The notes under the pieces were generated by a model. That model worked only from the letters and a program-made list of their open reading frames with translations. It made no database searches and had not been told where the DNA came from. From Epithemia pelagica (Eukaryota; Protista; Bacillariophyta), in the NCBI GenBank assembly GCA_946965045.2, contig OX337234.1, positions 2,914,001 through 2,978,000 on the forward strand: 64,000 nt of DNA, given 5' to 3'. A program made the translations under genes and the position numbers. Positions 61,454 through 64,000 of this stretch are shown piece after piece; position 1 is the first letter of the stretch, and the number at the start of each line of letters is the position of its first letter.

Positions 61454-64000
61454 ATGGTTAGTAGGTCATCCTCTGGTGCTGTGCAATCATTTGCAGCAGC
61501 ACAAAGTGCTGCAAGAGCAGCAATGGGTCCCCAGTCGCAACGACTGGGCAACTTGTATAGTCGACTCCCTGTTCGACACGGACAACGACGCTCTGGTTAT
61601 CAAACACTTACCGGAGTCGTGGAGTTTCAACAAGAGATTGATTGTTGTGTGTGTAGAGCCAAACACAACAACCTCCCCAAACCACACAGATCCCACCACA
61701 TGCTCTGTCCACTCAACACCAAAACAAAGGGAAAACCACACAAGACAAACGAACTGGGACAGATCAAGAGACTGGTGGATAAAGCAGCGAAGGAGAGGGA
61801 AAGAAACAACAAACAACCATTGTCTGAAGCTGAAAAGCACAGACCAGGGATCACCATGGAGGACTGGGAGGACTTCATGAAGCCGCGTCCCAATACGGCC
61901 AAAAAAGTGTTGAACCCAGGAAAACTCACTCTAGAGTCGTTGACAGGTGAGAAGTTGGCAGAAGGGAGAATGGGCGAAATCAGCAACGGTCAAAGTGTGA
62001 CAGTGACAGAGCTGCGCATGTCGGCTGAAAATTTCAAAAAGGAAATATTACATAGGGTTACACATGGTACATTCAACGGTATCACGTGTCCCAAGACAAT
62101 GCATGCGCTTGCCTCATTTATGCAAGAAGCGTGCCTGGGGACAAAGCGTGATACGAGTGTGCTATCAAACTTCTTTGACGGTATGGAGTTTTGTGTACCG
62201 GCCTGCGCTACCAACACGTGTGCTTTGTACGACTCGTTTTCTCGCCAGAAACTCTTGGTTGTGGATTGGGAACTCTTTTTTCCTGGAGAAGTACTCTTTT
62301 GCCCTCTATGCAATGGTAAACTCCATCGGACACGGAGTAATTTCTCCAAAAACAAGTGTCTTTTCCCCCTATTCGGAAGCTCTGGTCCCCCAAGATACGC
62401 CATTGTCATGCACTATAGGTGCTCGGCATGTAAAACATGCTTCCAAGGGAATGAAGGACGATTTTTAGCAAAACTCCCACCTTGGATGGCCATGGCATAC
62501 CCTGTGGAGCCAAAGTACGCTCGTGGGATGGCACATCTTACTCGAGATGCTACCCACATGCTAGAACACTCTATGCTGACCTACGGCAATGGAGATTATT
62601 TTTCTAGAATGATCTACAGTGGTATCAATACAGACTACAAAGACAGACAAACAAGGTACTATTCATTCTGTGCATCCACTGGCCAAAAAAGTGAGGACTA
62701 TCCCAAAAAGGATGGCGAGTGGCTGGTCAACTTCCCTCCACAAGGTGACACCATCCGTCAGCTGTATGACGATGCGGCTAGTTCCAATTGGAATTGGTGG
62801 GGTCTGTCGGATCATGATAGACACACGAGAGAAATGCAAATGGTGAGATGCGAACGAACATTTGCGAATGATCATACTCACCAGACAGTGAAAAACTATC
62901 CCTCAGCCTGTAAGGCAAAGGCCCTGTTTGACGTAGCCAACGAAAAAGGTGAGATCGCCTGTGCTATTCTCGTTGAAAATACCAAAATCCAGGAGGTGAG
63001 CCATGCTGTCGAACAGCTTGCTCGTCGGCCATGGTTTTGTCCGAAGGCCATGTATACTGATACATGGCCTTCTTCCATTGACTTCTGGGTCTTGATTTGG
63101 GGTGACGAGGTGAAGGGTTGCCTCGGCCTGTTTCATTTCCTGCAGAGAATTGTGAAGACTCTGCGACCAAGACACATTGATTATGGGCGAGCACTCCGTG
63201 ATCTCAAAATGGCCCTGTATGAGTATAATGATGAGGATATGAATAATGTCCTTCAAGCGCTGAAAGAAGGAAAAATGTCAAGTAGCAAGAAACAATACAC
63301 TGAGGGTGAGATACAGGATCTGCTCGACACTCCAGAGTTTGGACGAAGGTATGGAAAGTACATACGAAAAATGATCCGCTCGAAAGAAGTCATCATTGCG
63401 AAGCTGGAAGAATTCAAAGTGACCTATAAGGTCACTGCCTCACCAGGCAAGCCATCAGCAAGAGGTCGACGAGATCCGCGGACAAATCAACCTCTATTTA
63501 CGGAGGATACTCATCTCGCGATAGAAAATTGCAAACAAAAGGCAGTGTATTTGTCAGATCCACTACCACTTGAAGACATGTATTTGACAGTTGCAGCCAA
63601 CAAGAATTCACGCCACTCCTTACCTGAATACATTGCAGTCAGAGGGGAATCCAAGTTGGAGAGCTTCCACGACAACCTGGCAAACTTTGCAAATTGTGGA
63701 ATGCGTGAGAGCCTTGCAGACAATCTTAACCTACAGGGAACAGCGCATTACAATCTTACCATTCGATTCAAGCATCGATTGCTTGCAATGACTCTTGATG
63801 AGCGATCTCTTGTTCCAGCCGGATGGGAATGTGTGGTTCCTTATTGGAACCACACTGAACTGCGATTCATCAATGAAATGGCTGTGAGTTCTGGATCGCA
63901 ACAACAATTTCAATGGGTTGAAAACTTACCAGAAGACACTGGTGAACGCTTTTTTTCGGAATACTTGGCACAACAGAGCAGACGGAAATTGGAGATTCCG
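61454..64000 (+). CDS. Second paralogous large transposase, open to the window end (849 codons visible; not in the ORF track)
   Basis: Manual translation from ATG 61454 gives MVSRSSSG..CCVCRAK..HRSHHMLC..LVVDWELFFP..RTRSNFSKNK..NDHTHQ..YTDTWP..LGLFHFLQRI..RGESKLESFH, colinear with copy 1. No stop was seen. Confidence 0.8.
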   Translation, partial: MVSRSSSGAVQSFAAAQSAARAAMGPQSQRLGNLYSRLPVRHGQRRSGYQTLTGVVEFQQEIDCCVCRAKHNNLPKPHRSHHMLCPLNTKTKGKPHKTNELGQIKRLVDKAAKERERNNKQPLSEAEKHRPGITMEDWEDFMKPRPNTAKKVLNPGKLTLESLTGEKLAEGRMGEISNGQSVTVTELRMSAENFKKEILHRVTHGTFNGITCPKTMHALASFMQEACLGTKRDTSVLSNFFDGMEFCVPACATNTCALYDSFSRQKLLVVDWELFFPGEVLFCPLCNGKLHRTRSNFSKNKCLFPLFGSSGPPRYAIVMHYRCSACKTCFQGNEGRFLAKLPPWMAMAYPVEPKYARGMAHLTRDATHMLEHSMLTYGNGDYFSRMIYSGINTDYKDRQTRYYSFCASTGQKSEDYPKKDGEWLVNFPPQGDTIRQLYDDAASSNWNWWGLSDHDRHTREMQMVRCERTFANDHTHQTVKNYPSACKAKALFDVANEKGEIACAILVENTKIQEVSHAVEQLARRPWFCPKAMYTDTWPSSIDFWVLIWGDEVKGCLGLFHFLQRIVKTLRPRHIDYGRALRDLKMALYEYNDEDMNNVLQALKEGKMSSSKKQYTEGEIQDLLDTPEFGRRYGKYIRKMIRSKEVIIAKLEEFKVTYKVTASPGKPSARGRRDPRTNQPLFTEDTHLAIENCKQKAVYLSDPLPLEDMYLTVAANKNSRHSLPEYIAVRGESKLESFHDNLANFANCGMRESLADNLNLQGTAHYNLTIRFKHRLLAMTLDERSLVPAGWECVVPYWNHTELRFINEMAVSSGSQQQFQWVENLPEDTGERFFSEYLAQQSRRKLEIP

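Noticed and set aside
1-64000. CRISPR arrays, rRNA genes and prokaryotic operon signals
   Set aside because: No regularly spaced repeat-spacer array or rRNA-like sequence was seen, and spliceosomal introns show that the window is eukaryotic.

Overview
Eukaryotic, gene-dense DNA with short GT-AG introns. The gene content, Q/N/T-rich low-complexity proteins and transposon families best fit a pennate diatom (inference). Host genes: a partial WD40-like gene, an HSD17B10-type SDR, an F-box/ApaG (SKIP16-like) gene, a 3R-MYB factor, a UCHL5-type deubiquitinase, a 2194-aa formin without an FH1, a fusion of a degenerate pseudouridine synthase with an RlmI/K-type methyltransferase, FkbM and sulfotransferase-like type II membrane proteins, a THAP-like protein, a 5-exon NCA2 gene and a CDIN1/TPD nuclease. 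There are two mobile-DNA clusters. (1) 24942-38056 is a piggyBac-like DNA transposon with perfect 25-bp TIRs and a TA rather than TTAA flank, inserted in one copy of a local tandem duplication. Nested in its right end is a ~9-kb tyrosine-recombinase (DIRS-like) retroelement. Its gag and pol are in frame across a single TGA, and its Pol appears to begin with a degenerate C5 cytosine-methyltransferase fold and end with the usual DIRS Dam-like domain; this is the most interesting object in the window. (2) 55.3-64 kb holds an MFS pseudogene fragment, a Crinkler-like Ubl/HNH gene and two tandem, diverged large transposases (MULE/Dada-like) that share a conserved left-end sequence with no matching right end in the window. 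A recurrent CTAGGAGTA-like motif marks several putative promoters. All family calls come from motif recognition by eye; no database searches were run.
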